From Stegostoma tigrinum (taxonomy: Eukaryota): a stretch of DNA of 64,000 nucleotides. The stretch spans positions 12,905,914 to 12,969,913 of the forward strand of contig NC_081386.1 of the NCBI RefSeq assembly GCF_030684315.1. Reading direction: 5' to 3'. The notes under the pieces are model-generated. The model was not told where the DNA came from. It ran no database searches and saw only the letters and a program-made list of their open reading frames with translations. The position numbers were made by a program, and so were the translations under genes. Below are positions 39,240-51,470 of this stretch, piece after piece. Each line of letters begins with the position of its first letter. Position 1 is the stretch's first letter.

Positions 39240-39420
39240 ATACAAAAGCAGAAACACAAAATATAATAATAGAATGTTTCAAATCTGTTCTGATGAAGAC
39301 CCGTATCGAACACGAAACATAAACTCTGTTTCTGTCTCCACTGATGCTGACAGACCTGTTGAGTTTCTCCATCACTTTGTGCTTTTGTATCAGATTTCCA
39401 CCATGGTAGTGTTTCATTTT
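39240..39420. repeat. Family-2 short element, degenerate
   Basis: ctgatgaagacccgtatcgaacacgaaac core followed by the family-2 arm. Confidence 0.5.
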
Positions 39421-39739
39421 CATTTACCACCTTGCTAATCTTTTATCCATGTCGCAGGAAAATATACAAGAGAATTGGTTTTGCAATAATTAGAGGGCAG
39501 CTGGTGGGGTGAGGATGGTGTTGACTTTGGGAAAGAGGAGGCAAGAACAGAATAAAGAATAGGAGAGGAAGAAAAAACACAAACAAGGCACCTGGATAGT
39601 GCAGTAACAAAAGCAAGTCAGGCCACATTTGAACAATTAAATTGAGTGGGCCATTTTTGGAGCAGATAGCAAAGCGGAAACTTTGCCATGCATTTTGACA
39701 GTTTATCGAATTCAATGAAGACAGATCAAAAATACTATC

Positions 39740-40060
39740 AGAGATAATGGGAACTGCAGATGCTGGAGATTCCAAGATAATAAAATGTGAGGCTGGATGA
39801 ACACAGCAGGCCAAGCAGCATCTCAGGAGCACAAAAGCTGACGTTTCGGGCCTAGACCCTTCATCAGAGGGGGGGATGGGGGGAGGGAACTGGAATAAAT
39901 AGGGAGAGAGGGGGAGGCGGACCGAAGATGGAGAGTAAAGAAGATAGGTGGAGAGGGTGTAGGTGGGGAGGTAGGGAGGGGATAGGTCAGTCCAGGGAAG
40001 ACGGACAGGTCAAGGAGGTGGGATGAGGTTAGTAGGTAGCTGGGGGTGCGGCTTGGGGTG
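39740..40060 (-). mobile_element. Young Penelope 3' end / pseudo-LTR with intact hammerhead core (39840-39867)
   Basis: Nearly identical to 1755-2040. Confidence 0.9.
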
Positions 40061-40498
40061 CTGCTTTACCCAAAGGTTGTGTAACCAACTTAAATTTTAT
40101 TCCTCCTGTTTTGCATTTGGCAAACTCACGTCAGTCTTGCCTCATTTGACACCATTGCTTACCTCCAGACAATCTTTTTTCTTTCTCTCTCTGCGTCTTC
40201 AAAATCTCAGCTCATTTCTTTCCCCCATCAAAAATAGCAAACTGCCCTAGTGCAGATTAGCGTTGCCCAATCAAGTCCCAAATGCCAATCCCATGTTCAG
40301 CATGCAGAATTACATGCTAATGATCCACGGGACTTATTTGAATATTCCCCACACAATTTGCTCCACTGGCAGCAGTCCAAAATGGCAGGTATTCTGTAGA
40401 AAAGCAGCATAAAGCACATTTTCATGAGGCAAAAAAGTTGACCTCCTGATTCAGAGGTTCTTGGAAACAAAGAACCTCAGAACCAATGGTAAAATGAC

Positions 40499-40569
40499 CT
40501 GAAGCAACTTGCACCAGTGATCAATGCAACCACCTGGACCCAGGAGAAGCAGCATGAATGTGGGATCCT
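40499..40569 (-). CDS. Candidate exon (KDPTFMLLLLGPGGCIDHWCKLLQ)
   Basis: Good pyrimidine tract ending ...tgtcaaag, weak donor CAG|gtcatt. Provides the 1->0 phase bridge. Confidence 0.35.
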
Positions 40570-41035
40570 CTTTGACAATGACGAAAGGCATGCAAAAAAA
40601 GACTTTTATGTTGATAAATGCAATGTAGAATTGGGCACTTGTTATGTCGTTTTGCCTTCCCAGAATTAAAGACTGTTACTTTCCCCTTCAGGAGCCTGAA
40701 AATAGATTGCTGCTGATATATACACCTAAAGAGTTAATGTATTAAATATTCTTTCTACGCTGTTTCATGGGAGGCATTAGCCATTTCAAATAATAAAGTT
40801 AGCATCAATATCAAAATAACTGACATGACTACTATAGGTTGTATAAAATGTATTAAGTATTTATCTACTCATTACAAACAGTAATTTCTAGGTTTAGCAG
40901 ATTGTTGGGAATCTACATGCTGGAGGTGGATCAACATTCAACAAAGTGTCTCATTTCTTGGGTAAACAACATCTAATTCTCTTTTGTTGCAATAACAAGG
41001 TCCAATAAACCTGTTCTGAATCCAGGGAGAATTAC

Positions 41036-41092
41036 TTAAATGGTCAGGATTTCCACTCCAGAAGTCTGCTTTCACCGTGGCCAGGAAGGAGA
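41036..41092 (-). CDS. 57-nt exon (FSFLATVKADFWSGNPDHL)
   Basis: ttttcttgtgcatttcactgttactag|57 nt|gtaatt. Only phase 1 is open. Confidence 0.55.
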
Positions 41093-41445
41093 CTAGTAAC
41101 AGTGAAATGCACAAGAAAATGTTAACATTTTACAAAAACTTCCCTTGATCCACAGAAATTCAACCAGATCCACAATCACGGGAGTGAGGCTCTGAAAGCT
41201 TGCATTTACAAATAAAGCTGTTGGACTATAACCTGGTGTTATGTGATTTCTGACAATCATAGCAATCACTTCTGAGCCAGGATGCATTGTCTGATAGAGC
41301 AGCTATCAGTTATTTCAGTTCTCTCAGAAATAGACTTCAGCATATATGATGAAGGACTGCTCCACTCTAATAGAGAGGACGAAATGACCAGTGGAGCTTC
41401 AACGGGGGCTGCAGGTATTGATCTACTAGGGTTGCAGTCTAATAC

Positions 41446-41503
41446 GATATGTTGTGAGGGAGTTCCCTTGAGCAGCTGGAAGTGGTGTTTCTGTTTTATC
41501 AGA
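41446..41503 (-). other. Diverged duplicate of exon 42458-42533 (SDKTETPLPAAQGNSLTTY); alternative exon or pseudo-exon
   Basis: Strong acceptor ttttcctactctttgtacag, weak donor C|gtatta. The upstream intron is homologous to that of the 42.5-kb exon. Confidence 0.35.
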
Positions 41504-41619
41504 CTGTACAAAGAGTAGGAAAACATTAACCAGTAAATCCAAACAAGCCATCAGCCTACCTTAATGTACGTGGCACAATTGTTTTGGTTGGATCAAGCCT
41601 TAATTCTTAATTGTCAGAA

Positions 41620-41895
41620 TTATAGGACTGAGGCTGAGATGAGGAGGAATTTCTTGTCTCTCAGTGTGCTGAGAGTTTTTGGAACTCCTTGACTCAGAAA
41701 GCTATAGTGGCAGTGTCCGTTTGTATATTTGAGGCTGAGATAGATAGATTCTTGATCAGTCGGGGAATCAAGTGTTAAGGGGAAAGGGCAGGAAAGTGGA
41801 TGTGAGAAGTGTAGTATCAGCCATGATCCTATTGAATGGTGAAGCAGGCTCAAAGAGCCGAATGGCCTGCACCCGTTCCTATTTCATATGGTCTT
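41620..41895 (+). mobile_element. CR1 LINE 3' end
   Basis: gagatgaggaggaatttc...gatcctattgaatggt...gccgaatggcctg tail. Confidence 0.8.
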
Positions 41896-42457
41896 AACTT
41901 CATAGTACAAGCAGTAATAGCAGTGAGGTAAACTAAACTGGAATTAGCAACTTGCAAAAGCCAAACCAAAATTGCCACTAATCGGATGCAGGATTCAGTG
42001 AAGGCTGCATACTGTGTTCTGTACTGTACCAGATAAGAAATCCAGCCAAACAGCAGAATCATCAGCACATTATGGGGCTCTTAGATACACAGGGAACTCT
42101 GTTTACAGAAAATTAAGGAACATGTGTTCTGGCTCACCATGAGTCTGAATCAATCGTTCCTCAGCATTTCAATTCAGAGGCAATGAGGTATGTGTGATTC
42201 TTGCTCAGTTAGTAAAAGAAATTGCTTTAAGTATTTTCCTGGTATGAAACATGCAGCATGTCCAGAAATAGATCAGCAATCACAATCTTTTCAAACTTCA
42301 GGCTACAATTTAACAATACATAGAAGGTGCACAGGACTGCATCGAAAATGTTGCCCAGAGCCCTGACGTTGACTTTCTTGTGCTGCTGAGTTCACTCTAG
42401 ATTCTGTCAGTCCAGCCTGTTTCTCATCAAAGATGAAGGTGCTTCTGGTAAGCTCAC

Positions 42458-42533
42458 ATTTTCTCCCCTCCCTAGTTCCTGGTCTATATCCGTCCATGGG
42501 CAGAATTATTTTAAGTGTTGCTTCTGTGTGTAC
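42458..42533 (-). CDS. Coding exon (VHTEATLKIILPMDGYRPGTREGRK)
   Basis: tactgtctctgttcctccccag|76 nt|gtgagc, phase 0->1. Confidence 0.65.
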
Positions 42534-43771
42534 CTGGGGAGGAACAGAGACAGTAAGTCCATTATGAACCCATTAACTTTTCTTAATGTACGTGGGGAAA
42601 TTTCAATTGGTTGGATCAACTTCATCGCAACAAAAAAATGTCAATATTGAGCAGAATTAGCAACTTGCAAAGGCAGCCTGTTTTAATACATAAGGAAAAG
42701 GATTTTACAAGAGTGTAGTATCCTGCATAAAACTTGATTTTAACCCTGAGTTTAAAAGAAATCTTAAGGAAAGGAGCACAATTACAGCTGCTTATGTAAC
42801 TGTCAGTTCTTGAAAAAATGTGCCATTAAGTTATGAAAGATTGAAGACACGCACTGCAGCAATATCTGGAATGTAAAAATTCTTTTTAAGGTACGAAGTT
42901 TGATCGAAAACAAGGCACCATTTTGGTTAATCCCAAACAAGGAAAAAAGCCCTACAATTAAAAAAAAACATAGTTCTTAAAAAGGGGCAATAGTTTTGTA
43001 CTTAATATTCAGGTTTAGAACTAGAGATTTTTAAACAAATTCTAACTACAATTATGAGGTATCAAAATGTTGTTGTTTTGCTCTGTCTTTTAATTGCCCT
43101 ATACCTATTCAGGATCCGCACGAAATACACACAGTTCTGCAGTCCCTTGACTGAAAGCATTCAATGCCCCCTCTCTGGAATGTATACTACACTCCCACAG
43201 TAAGTCGGAATGTTGCACAGTGTGCAGAATACAAGTTTTTTCTGGCATCTGAAATACGTCTTTGACATGCCAAAGGTCTTCTCTATTAGGCTGCCTGTAG
43301 CCCGATACACCTCATTATATCCTGGGATTTATAGATGTGGGAATGGCGTGATGTGCCAGTAATTTCAGAGTGCAGTCCCTGTCAGCCACTAGTATCCTAG
43401 GAAAACAAACTGGTGATTTTCCCATCGTATCGCAAAACCACCCCATGCTTGATTAATGAAAACTTCTCCTGTTACTGAAATAAAATTCAGTGAAGGGGCA
43501 GATCTTCCTTATAGCAACTATGCCCAGATCTCAGGGAAAGGCAGCAGTGTTATTGAAATTGTATTTCCTTTTGCTGTCCCTGGGTTACCGAAGGGCAGAT
43601 AGAATGATCTGCTCAGTTGACAGAAACACCTGATTAATAAATTTAGAATTGACAGTCTAGGCGATGAGCCCTTACCATCAGAAAGTGAACAAGGTGAACT
43701 AATAGCATCAAATTGGAGTATTGCTTCCAAATTCACTGCCACTGTCAAGGTTAAACTCACAGTTGACTCAC

Positions 43772-43783
43772 CTTTATATCCAA
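43772..43783 (-). CDS. 12-nt micro-exon (LDIK)
   Basis: ctatttgtttaattgcag|TTGGATATAAAG|gtgagt, with consensus sites. Confidence 0.6.
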
Positions 43784-44694
43784 CTGCAATTAAACAAATA
43801 GATCTTCAAAGGTCTGCTTATTAAACTGAACCGCCTACATGTCTGGAGTTTTACTTCAAAAATTTTTTTAAAAATTCTGTGTTTTATTTTTGCCTCCCTT
43901 TAATACATTTTGCTTTAAATTTGCGGCAAATGGAATTCAAGATGCTTGCTATATAATTAATCTGTTTGATAAAAAGGGCACATATCTTTTGTGCCACACA
44001 CAGATGCCTCTCCATGAAATTATCCTGAAGTAGAACCATACTTAGGGGTAAGCCTTCAGCTTCAGAATGGAAACCACAGCACTGAGAAGTTTGTAGTGTA
44101 AAATGACCTAATATATCACACAGCATCACTTCAAATTACGTTTAGAAGTTTGAGCATGCTATGACTGTAGCTTGTGTAAACACTTCTACAAGCCTGGTAA
44201 TATACCTGTTGCAACTGACTTCCTATCATTTTCAAATTGTTTTTGAAAAGTCAATAACTGGAAAGACTAATTCTGTTTCATGCTCCACAGATGCTGTTTG
44301 AATTCCTGGGAGTTTCCGATAGTTTGTGTTTTTGTTTAACATGTCACTGGGAACTGTTTAGTGAGGTATAGCCTCACTGCCTGCTCAAAGTCAATGTTTA
44401 CTTCAACAGTTAAAATAATTCAATAATTTGAATTAAACAACTAGAATAAAGCAAGAACTCAGCAGATTTTTAAACAACTTTATGTCATCAGGAATATGTT
44501 AGCTGTGTTTACTGGAGCAGGGCAATTTTTTTATGGAAGCGGACTGCAAGTTAGACTTGTTTATGCTTAGGTTTTAAATGTATTTGCTTGTGAAGTATGG
44601 AGTAAACAGTTAACTATACTTTTATTCTAAGAATAGCCACACAGCAGGTGCAAAAGGAAGAATGTCAGAGAGATGCCAATTTGCATGAAAATGA

Positions 44695-45420
44695 AACAAA
44701 GAAACAGAACAAAGAAACCTACAGCACAGGAACAGGCCCTTCGGCCCTCCAAGCCTGCGCCGATCAAGATCCTCTGTCTAACCTGTCATCTATTTTCTAA
44801 CGGTCTGTGTCCATCTGCTCCCTGCCCATCCATGTACCTGTCCAAATATATCTTAAAAGACGCTAACGTGTCTGCGTCTACCACCTCCACTGGCAACACA
44901 TTCCAGGCACCCACCACCCTCTGTGTAAAGAACTTTCCACGCATATCTCCCTTAAACTTTGCTCCTCTCACTTCGAACTCATGACCCCCTAGTAATTGAG
45001 TCCTCCACTCTGGGAAAAAGCTTCTTGCTATCCACCCTGTCTATACCCCTCATGATTTTGTAGACCTCAATCAGGTCCCCCCTCAATCTCCATCTTTCTA
45101 ATGAAAATAATCCTAATCTATTCAACCTCTCTTCATAGCTAGCACCCTCCATACCAGGCAATATCCTGGTGAACCTCGTCTGCACCCTCTCCAAAGCATC
45201 CACATCCTTTTGGTGTGTGGCGACCAGAACTGTACACAGTACTCCAAATGTGGCCGAACCAAAGTCCTATACAACTGCAACATGACCTGCCAACTCTTGT
45301 ACTCAATATCCCCCCCAATGAAGGAAAGCATGCCGTATGCCTTCTTGACCACCCTATTGACCTGCATTGTCACCTTCAGGGAACAATGGACCTGAGCACC
45401 CAGATCTCCCTGTTCATCAA
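44695..45420 (-). mobile_element. Young CR1 LINE 3' fragment
   Basis: ORFs contain LYRTLVRPHLEYCVQFWSP, LERVQTRFTRILPG and FFTQRVVGAWNVLP. Confidence 0.95.
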
Positions 45421-45473
45421 TTTTCAGTTCGAAGTCTGAATCTTTTAGCATCCAGTGGTATATTGTCTCTTAC

Positions 45474-45505
45474 CACTCCATAAATATTGTCATGTTTCAT
45501 AAAAT
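45474..45505 (-). CDS. 32-nt exon (FMKHDNIYGV)
   Basis: actttaacag|32 nt|gtaaga, phase 1->0. Confidence 0.5.
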
Positions 45506-45899
45506 CTGTTAAAGTTCATTTACAAGGGATCCCTCCTTACCTTTCTGTATGAAAGCAGACATAAGCAAACTCATAGAACCGGAAGCAAGTGGCACTGAAC
45601 ATTTAAAGTCAAGCCCAGTGTTACAGGAAGATTACAAGGTCAACCTAGCAATCCTATTTGGGGAAATATCTAAAGAGAAGCTCGGTGTTGTCAGTAAACA
45701 CTAAGCAACAGACCCACCTAGGCACTGAGCTGCAGAAGAGGAATACTCCTGCAAAAGCTGAAACTTGTCACAGTTGGCCATGCTTATGATTATGGTAAGT
45801 AATAGGGATAAATCCATTGGCCGCAGTGAAGAAAGCATTATCCTTGAACAATGCTGAAAGGGTTGGCGAAGGAACAAGGATTCAAAAAAATCCTTGGCA

Positions 45900-46580
45900 T
45901 TGCAGATAGATAACGTATTAAAACAAAAGCCTATGGCATGCTTGTCTTCATTGGAAAGGGCATTGAGAATAAGGATAGGCAAGTAATGCTGCAGCTTTAG
46001 AGAACTTTAGGTAGCCCATACTTGGAATATTGTATACAGTTCTGGTCACTACACTATCAGAAGGATGTTGATGCTTTGGAGAGGGTATAGAAAAGGCTTG
46101 CCAGGACGTTGCCTGCCAGAGGGTAGTTTTAGCTATGAAGAAAAGTTGGCGAGACTGGGTTTGCTTTCACTTGAATGCTGGAGGTTGAGGGGCGACCTGA
46201 TAAAAGTTTATAAGGCTATGTCCACACATGGATAGAGTGGAAAGCATGAGGCTTTTTCCGAGGATGGAGGCATCAATCATTAGGGGGCACAGGTTCAAGG
46301 TACAAGGGAGGGGTAAGTTTAAAAGAGGTGTGCGAGGCAAGCTTTTCACACTAAGGGTGGTGAATGTCTGGAACACGTTGCCAGAGGAGATGGTGGAAGC
46401 AGACGCAATAGCGGCATCCAAGAAGCACCTGGACCAATACATGAACAGGAAGAGAGTACAGGGATGTGGATCCTGAAACTGAAGACAGTTTTAATACAGG
46501 AGGGCAAAATGTAGCAGCACTGCTGTGGAGTGGCAAAGGGCCTGTTCTAGTGCAGTGTTGCAGTTTTTTCTTTATTCTTG
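45900..46580 (+). mobile_element. CR1 LINE 3' fragment
   Basis: ORF 46228..46476 has LFTLRVVNVWNTLPEEMVEA. Confidence 0.85.
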
Positions 46581-46844
46581 TTCTTTGGTCATAGACAGGT
46601 TAACAGCAGTTAGTTGTTAACATTCAGCATGTGGTGAATTTAATACACAATTAAAGTTCAAATAGAGCAGAATGATCAACGTCACTGAGAGGCAAAAAGC
46701 AACAGGCATTTTTAGCTAACAGCAGAGCAGCATAAATTGACCAGTGACCTGGGGCTATTTGCAATTTACAGGGCTCTCTCACTCCTTGCCAGTTGGTAGT
46801 TGATTTACATATCAGAAACACATCAGAAAACTATAAAATTGTAA

Positions 46845-48605
46845 CATGAATAGCTAGGGTAAGTGCAGGAAGTATACTCCTGATGACTGGTGAGTCCAGA
46901 AACAGTGGTCATAGTCTAAAGATATTGGGTAGACCATTCTGGATTGAGATAAGGAGAAATTTCCTCACCCCAAGAGTGTTGGGCTTGTAGAATTCCCTTA
47001 CAGGAACTGTTTGGGGCCAAAATATTAAATGTTTTCAAGAAGGAGATAGGGAGGGCTTGAAGAAAGAGAACAGAGGTAATCCAGGAAATTACAGACCGAT
47101 CGGTCTTACTTGAGTGGTTGGCAAATTATTGGAGAGGATTCTGAGAGATAGTATTTATGATTGTTTGGAAAAGCACAGTTTGCTTAGAAATAGTCAGCAT
47201 GGCTTTGTGAGGGGCAGGTCATGCCTCACAAGCCTTAATGAATTCTTTGAGCATGTGACAAAACACATCAATGAAGGTAGAGCAGTGTTTGTGGTGCATA
47301 TGGATTTAGCAAGACATTTGATAACGTTCCCCATGGTAGGCTCATTCAGAGAGTAAGGAGGCATGGGATTTAGGGAAATTTGGCTGTCTGGATACAAAAC
47401 TGGCTGTCCAATAGAAGACAGAGGGTGGTAGTAGATGGAAAGTATTCAGCCTGCAGCTCGGTGACCGGTGGTGTTCCATAGGGATCTGCTCTGGGACCTC
47501 CGTTTTTTTGTGATCTTTATACATGACTTGGATGAGGAAGTGTAAGGGTGGGTTAGTAAGTTTGCTGATGGCATTAATGTTGATGGAGTTGTGGACAGCA
47601 TAGGGGGCTGTTGTAGGTTTGCAACAGGACATTGTCAGGATGCAGAGCTGGACAAAGAAGTGGCAGATGGAATTCATCCTGGGAAAGTGTGAAGTGATTC
47701 ATTTTGGAAGGTTGAATTTGAATGCAGAATACGGGGTTAATGGTAGGATTCTCAGCAGTGTGGAGGAACAGATGGATCTTGGGGTCCACGTCCATAGATC
47801 CTTCAAAGTTGCTACCCAAGTTGATAGGGTTGTAAAGAAGGCGTATGGTGTGTAGGGATTTTATTGGCAGGGAAATTGGGTTTAAGAGCCGTGAGGTTAT
47901 GCTGCCGCTCTATAAAACTCTAGTTAGACCATTGTGTTCAGCCCTGGTCACCTCATTACAGGAAAGATGTGGAGGCTTTGGAGAGAGTGCAGCGCAGAGT
48001 TACCAGGATGTTGCCTAGACTGGAGGGCAGGTCTTATGAGGAAAGGTTGCAGGAGCTAGGGCTTTTCTCATTGGAGCGAAGAAGGATGAGGGGTGACTTG
48101 ATAGAGGTGTACAAGTTGATGAGAGGCATAGATAGAGTGGATAGTCAGAGACTTTTTCCCGGGGTGGAAATGACCAGTATGAGGGGGCATAATTTTAATG
48201 TGAATGGAGGAAGGTGTAGGGGAGATGTCAGAGGTAGGTTCTTCACACAGAAAGTGGTGGGCGTGAGGAATGCGTTGCCTGCAGTGGTAGTGGAGTCAGA
48301 TATTTTAGAGACTTTTAAGCGACTCTTGGATTGGCACATGGAGAATAGTAAAATGTAGGATTTGCGGGGTAGTTTGATCTTAGTAAGTTAATATATTGTC
48401 ACAACATCATGGGCCGAAGGGCCTGTACTTGCTGCACTGTTGTATGCCCTATGTTCAATGTTCTATCTAGTTCTTGGAGCAAAAGGATCAAAGGATCTGG
48501 GGTGAAAATGGGAACATGGTTGGATGATCAGCCATGATCATCTTGAATGGCTTAGCAGGATTGAAGGGCTGAATGGCCTGCTTCTGCTCCAATTTTCTAT
48601 GGTTC
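46845..48605 (+). mobile_element. CR1 3' end (46845-47050 + 48466-48605) split by a nested ~1.4-kb CR1 RT fragment (47055-48465)
   Basis: Inner element has GKLLERIL..SQHGFVRGRSCLTSL, WQMEF..KCEVIHFG and LERVQRRVTRMLP. The outer tail resumes after it. Confidence 0.85.
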
Positions 48606-50579
48606 TGAATAATAGTCTGAATCTTTCAGACACCACTATTATTTTAACAAAATCTGGCCTTTCAATAATTGCTCCAGTTGTCAATACCTTTAATTTTGAT
48701 TTCCAAATGACCTGTTGAATAAAACATAATGACAGAAATTTGATACATTTTTCTCAATATTCTACAGAAGTTGTTTTGCAGAAATTCTCTCCTTTCTGAA
48801 AACAAATGCCTCAGGAAAGGATTTAATGAAATATCATGTTGAAATTAAGCTCAAAGTTCAACACTGTAATGAAAGGATAATAAAAATAGGCAGTTATGTG
48901 CTTAAGTTTTGTTATGTCAGATTATTGTGATAAAATAATTCGAAGTTTCAAGACCTATGAAATCAATTTTGTCTTAACTTTTATGAAGAATTATCAACAC
49001 TATCTGATTAACATCAATCACTGTGCTAGAGGCTGTACTAAGAAAAATACCACGAGAATATGTTGTCATCGGTACAGGGTACACATCTAACATCAGATGC
49101 AGTAGCAGTGGACAAAGGAAAGAGACAGAAGGAGAGCGAGATGTAAAGGAAAACAGCGCAGGCCTGTTAAATTAGAATAGGTTATGACAGGTTTCCTTAG
49201 AGAAGAGAAAGTTTAGAGGCAATTTGATAGAGGTATTCAAAATCATGAGGAGTAGATGAGGGGAACTGTTCCCATTAGTGGAAGGATTGAGAACCGGGGC
49301 CACAGATTTGAGGTAATTGGCAAAAGAAGCAAAGGCGACATCCTACAGCATGAAGAAGTTGGCAATGATATACAATTACAGTTGTAACTCAAATTATTGC
49401 ATTGGTTTACGGTGGAAATGACTGCACCAGCTGCCCCTCTGGATCATAGGATCAGTGATATGTTTAGTGCAGGTAGGCACTGCAGTGTTGCTAATATCTT
49501 TACTAAGTGGCTTGAAAGAGCCAACAGCAAAATATAGTTACAGCAGCTGTGACTTTCACAGCCATAAGCAAGGCATTGCGAGCCACTGAGGACAACCCCA
49601 TTTGACACAACTCAATAATGGATCTCCCTCAAACTCCTCAAAAATGGCTCCACCGCTGGGTTAAGAACAAGATTTCCTCGAGATACAGACTCTGGAAATC
49701 GCTTCTTATGCAAAAAGAATGACCAAATAATCAAATCTAATTAAAAAGGCAAAATACCATGGATGCTGGAGATATGGCATGTTACAAAGTTCCAGAGAAA
49801 CTCAGCATAGGTAGAGAGAAAAACAGAGTTAATATTTGAAGTCTGACTGGATTCTTTTTCGGAACTAGTATTGAACTCAAAAATTAACTGTTTCACTCTC
49901 CACAGATGTCTCCAGCAGTCCCACATCTAATCATATCCACTTGCCCGCTTGAAATGCCTGGCCAAATGGCAGCTTGATTAAGAATGGCGTGGAGTTTAGT
50001 CATTAGGCAACATGGAGAATGGACCTGTTAGGTGCTAAGAAAATGCGACTCGGCCAATGTGAATTGGATTCAGCAACCCGAATACCCCGGAATAGAGAAT
50101 TATTTTTAAGCAGGCTCACATAATCATTTCCGGCAGAAGTATCAAAGTTGTTAACCAGCGTCCAAAATTTCAAAAAAACTCAGTCCAATTTTGCAATATT
50201 TGCCACTTTTTGTATGTATTTGCAATACCTTCCTCTAAAAGCATTAAAGTTCCGAAGCTAGATGTGAATTCTTGCTTTAAACGAAATGTCAGTCTTCTAT
50301 TTATTGTATGTGTTAAACAGAGGTTTATAATTTTATAGAATGCCTTATTTTTCCTGGTCGGAATTCTTGATTTGCAGCCAACTATATGCATTTTGGAGAG
50401 AGAGGGTGTCCATTTGTTGAGTGAAACTGTTTTTCAGTTATGATGATGCCCAATGTGGAGGTCAGCCTCCTTGCTAGGAAAGCAATGGGCATAGTTCAAT
50501 GCAGGATCCACAATGGCATCCCTGGTGGCTGCCAAAACTGTCAGTAAACTGTTTCAATTATTATCAGGGATCCTAACAC

Positions 50580-50915
50580 AAGGGAAGGCAATGGTCTAGT
50601 GGTATTATTGCTTAATTATTAACACAGAAGCTCAGTTACTGTTCGAATGACCTGCATTCAAATCTTATCACAGCTGGTGGTATTCTTTGAATTCAAAGAA
50701 AATCTGTAATCGAGAGCCTAATGACCATGAATCAATTGCAAGGGGAAAGACCTGTCTGGTTCACAAATGTCCTAGTAGGAGGAATCTGCTTGTCTAACCT
50801 ATCTGTGACTCTAGACCCATAGCTGTGTGGTTGCTCCTAATTGCCATCTTGGGCAATTAGGGACAGATACTAAATGCTGGGCTGGCCAGCAACATTTAAA
50901 TGCATTTGTGAATAC
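50580..50915 (+). mobile_element. tRNA-headed SINE with LINE-type tail
   Basis: tggtctagtgg A-box-like, ttcaaatc B-box-like, tail gggcaattaggga...aaatgctgg. Confidence 0.65.
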
Positions 50916-51159
50916 TTTTAAATATTTTTGTCCCTAAGCTGGAAATGGGTTTGCTATGAATGCGTGCCCACATTCTAAGTTAAAATGTCTTTGTAATCTA
51001 CTTCAGATTATCTCATTGTAAAACTGTAATACCTACAACATCTTTGATGACCCATATCAGAATTGCCCACTACTGTCTTGACAGACCCAGTGGGGACAAA
51101 AAATAAATATCATCATTCAAAGCTATTTTACCTAATTCCATGAAGCCCACTTCCATGTC

Positions 51160-51470
51160 ATAGTATCATAGAGGTGTACAACACAGAAACAGACCCTTAT
51201 TCAACTCAGCCATGCTGACCAGATATGCTAAATTAATCTAGTCGCATTTGCCAACATTTGGCGCATATCCCTCCAATCCTTTCCTATTCATATACGCATT
51301 CAGATTCCTTTTAAATGTTGTAATTGCACCTACCTGGACCACTTCCTCAGGCAGTTCATTCCATCCACACATCACCCTCTGCACGAAAATGTTATCCTTT
51401 AGGTCCTTTTTAAATCTTACCCCTCTCCCCCTAAACCTATGCCCACTAGTTTTGGACTCTTTTACCCTGC
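51160..51470 (-). mobile_element. CR1 LINE 3' end
   Basis: Reverse complement of the family at 30150-30440. Confidence 0.8.

Noticed and set aside
40514-40569. Resemblance of MLLLLGPGGCIDHWCKLL to an NDK-fold motif, and of FLEAFGL..ELRKY..CF (29392-29444) to a SAM-domain start
   Set aside because: Matches are too short to name a family, so no gene symbol was assigned.
45541-45594. Exon candidate with a strong gtaagg donor
   Set aside because: It would leave only a 35-nt intron to exon 45474-45505. It could only be an alternative to that exon.
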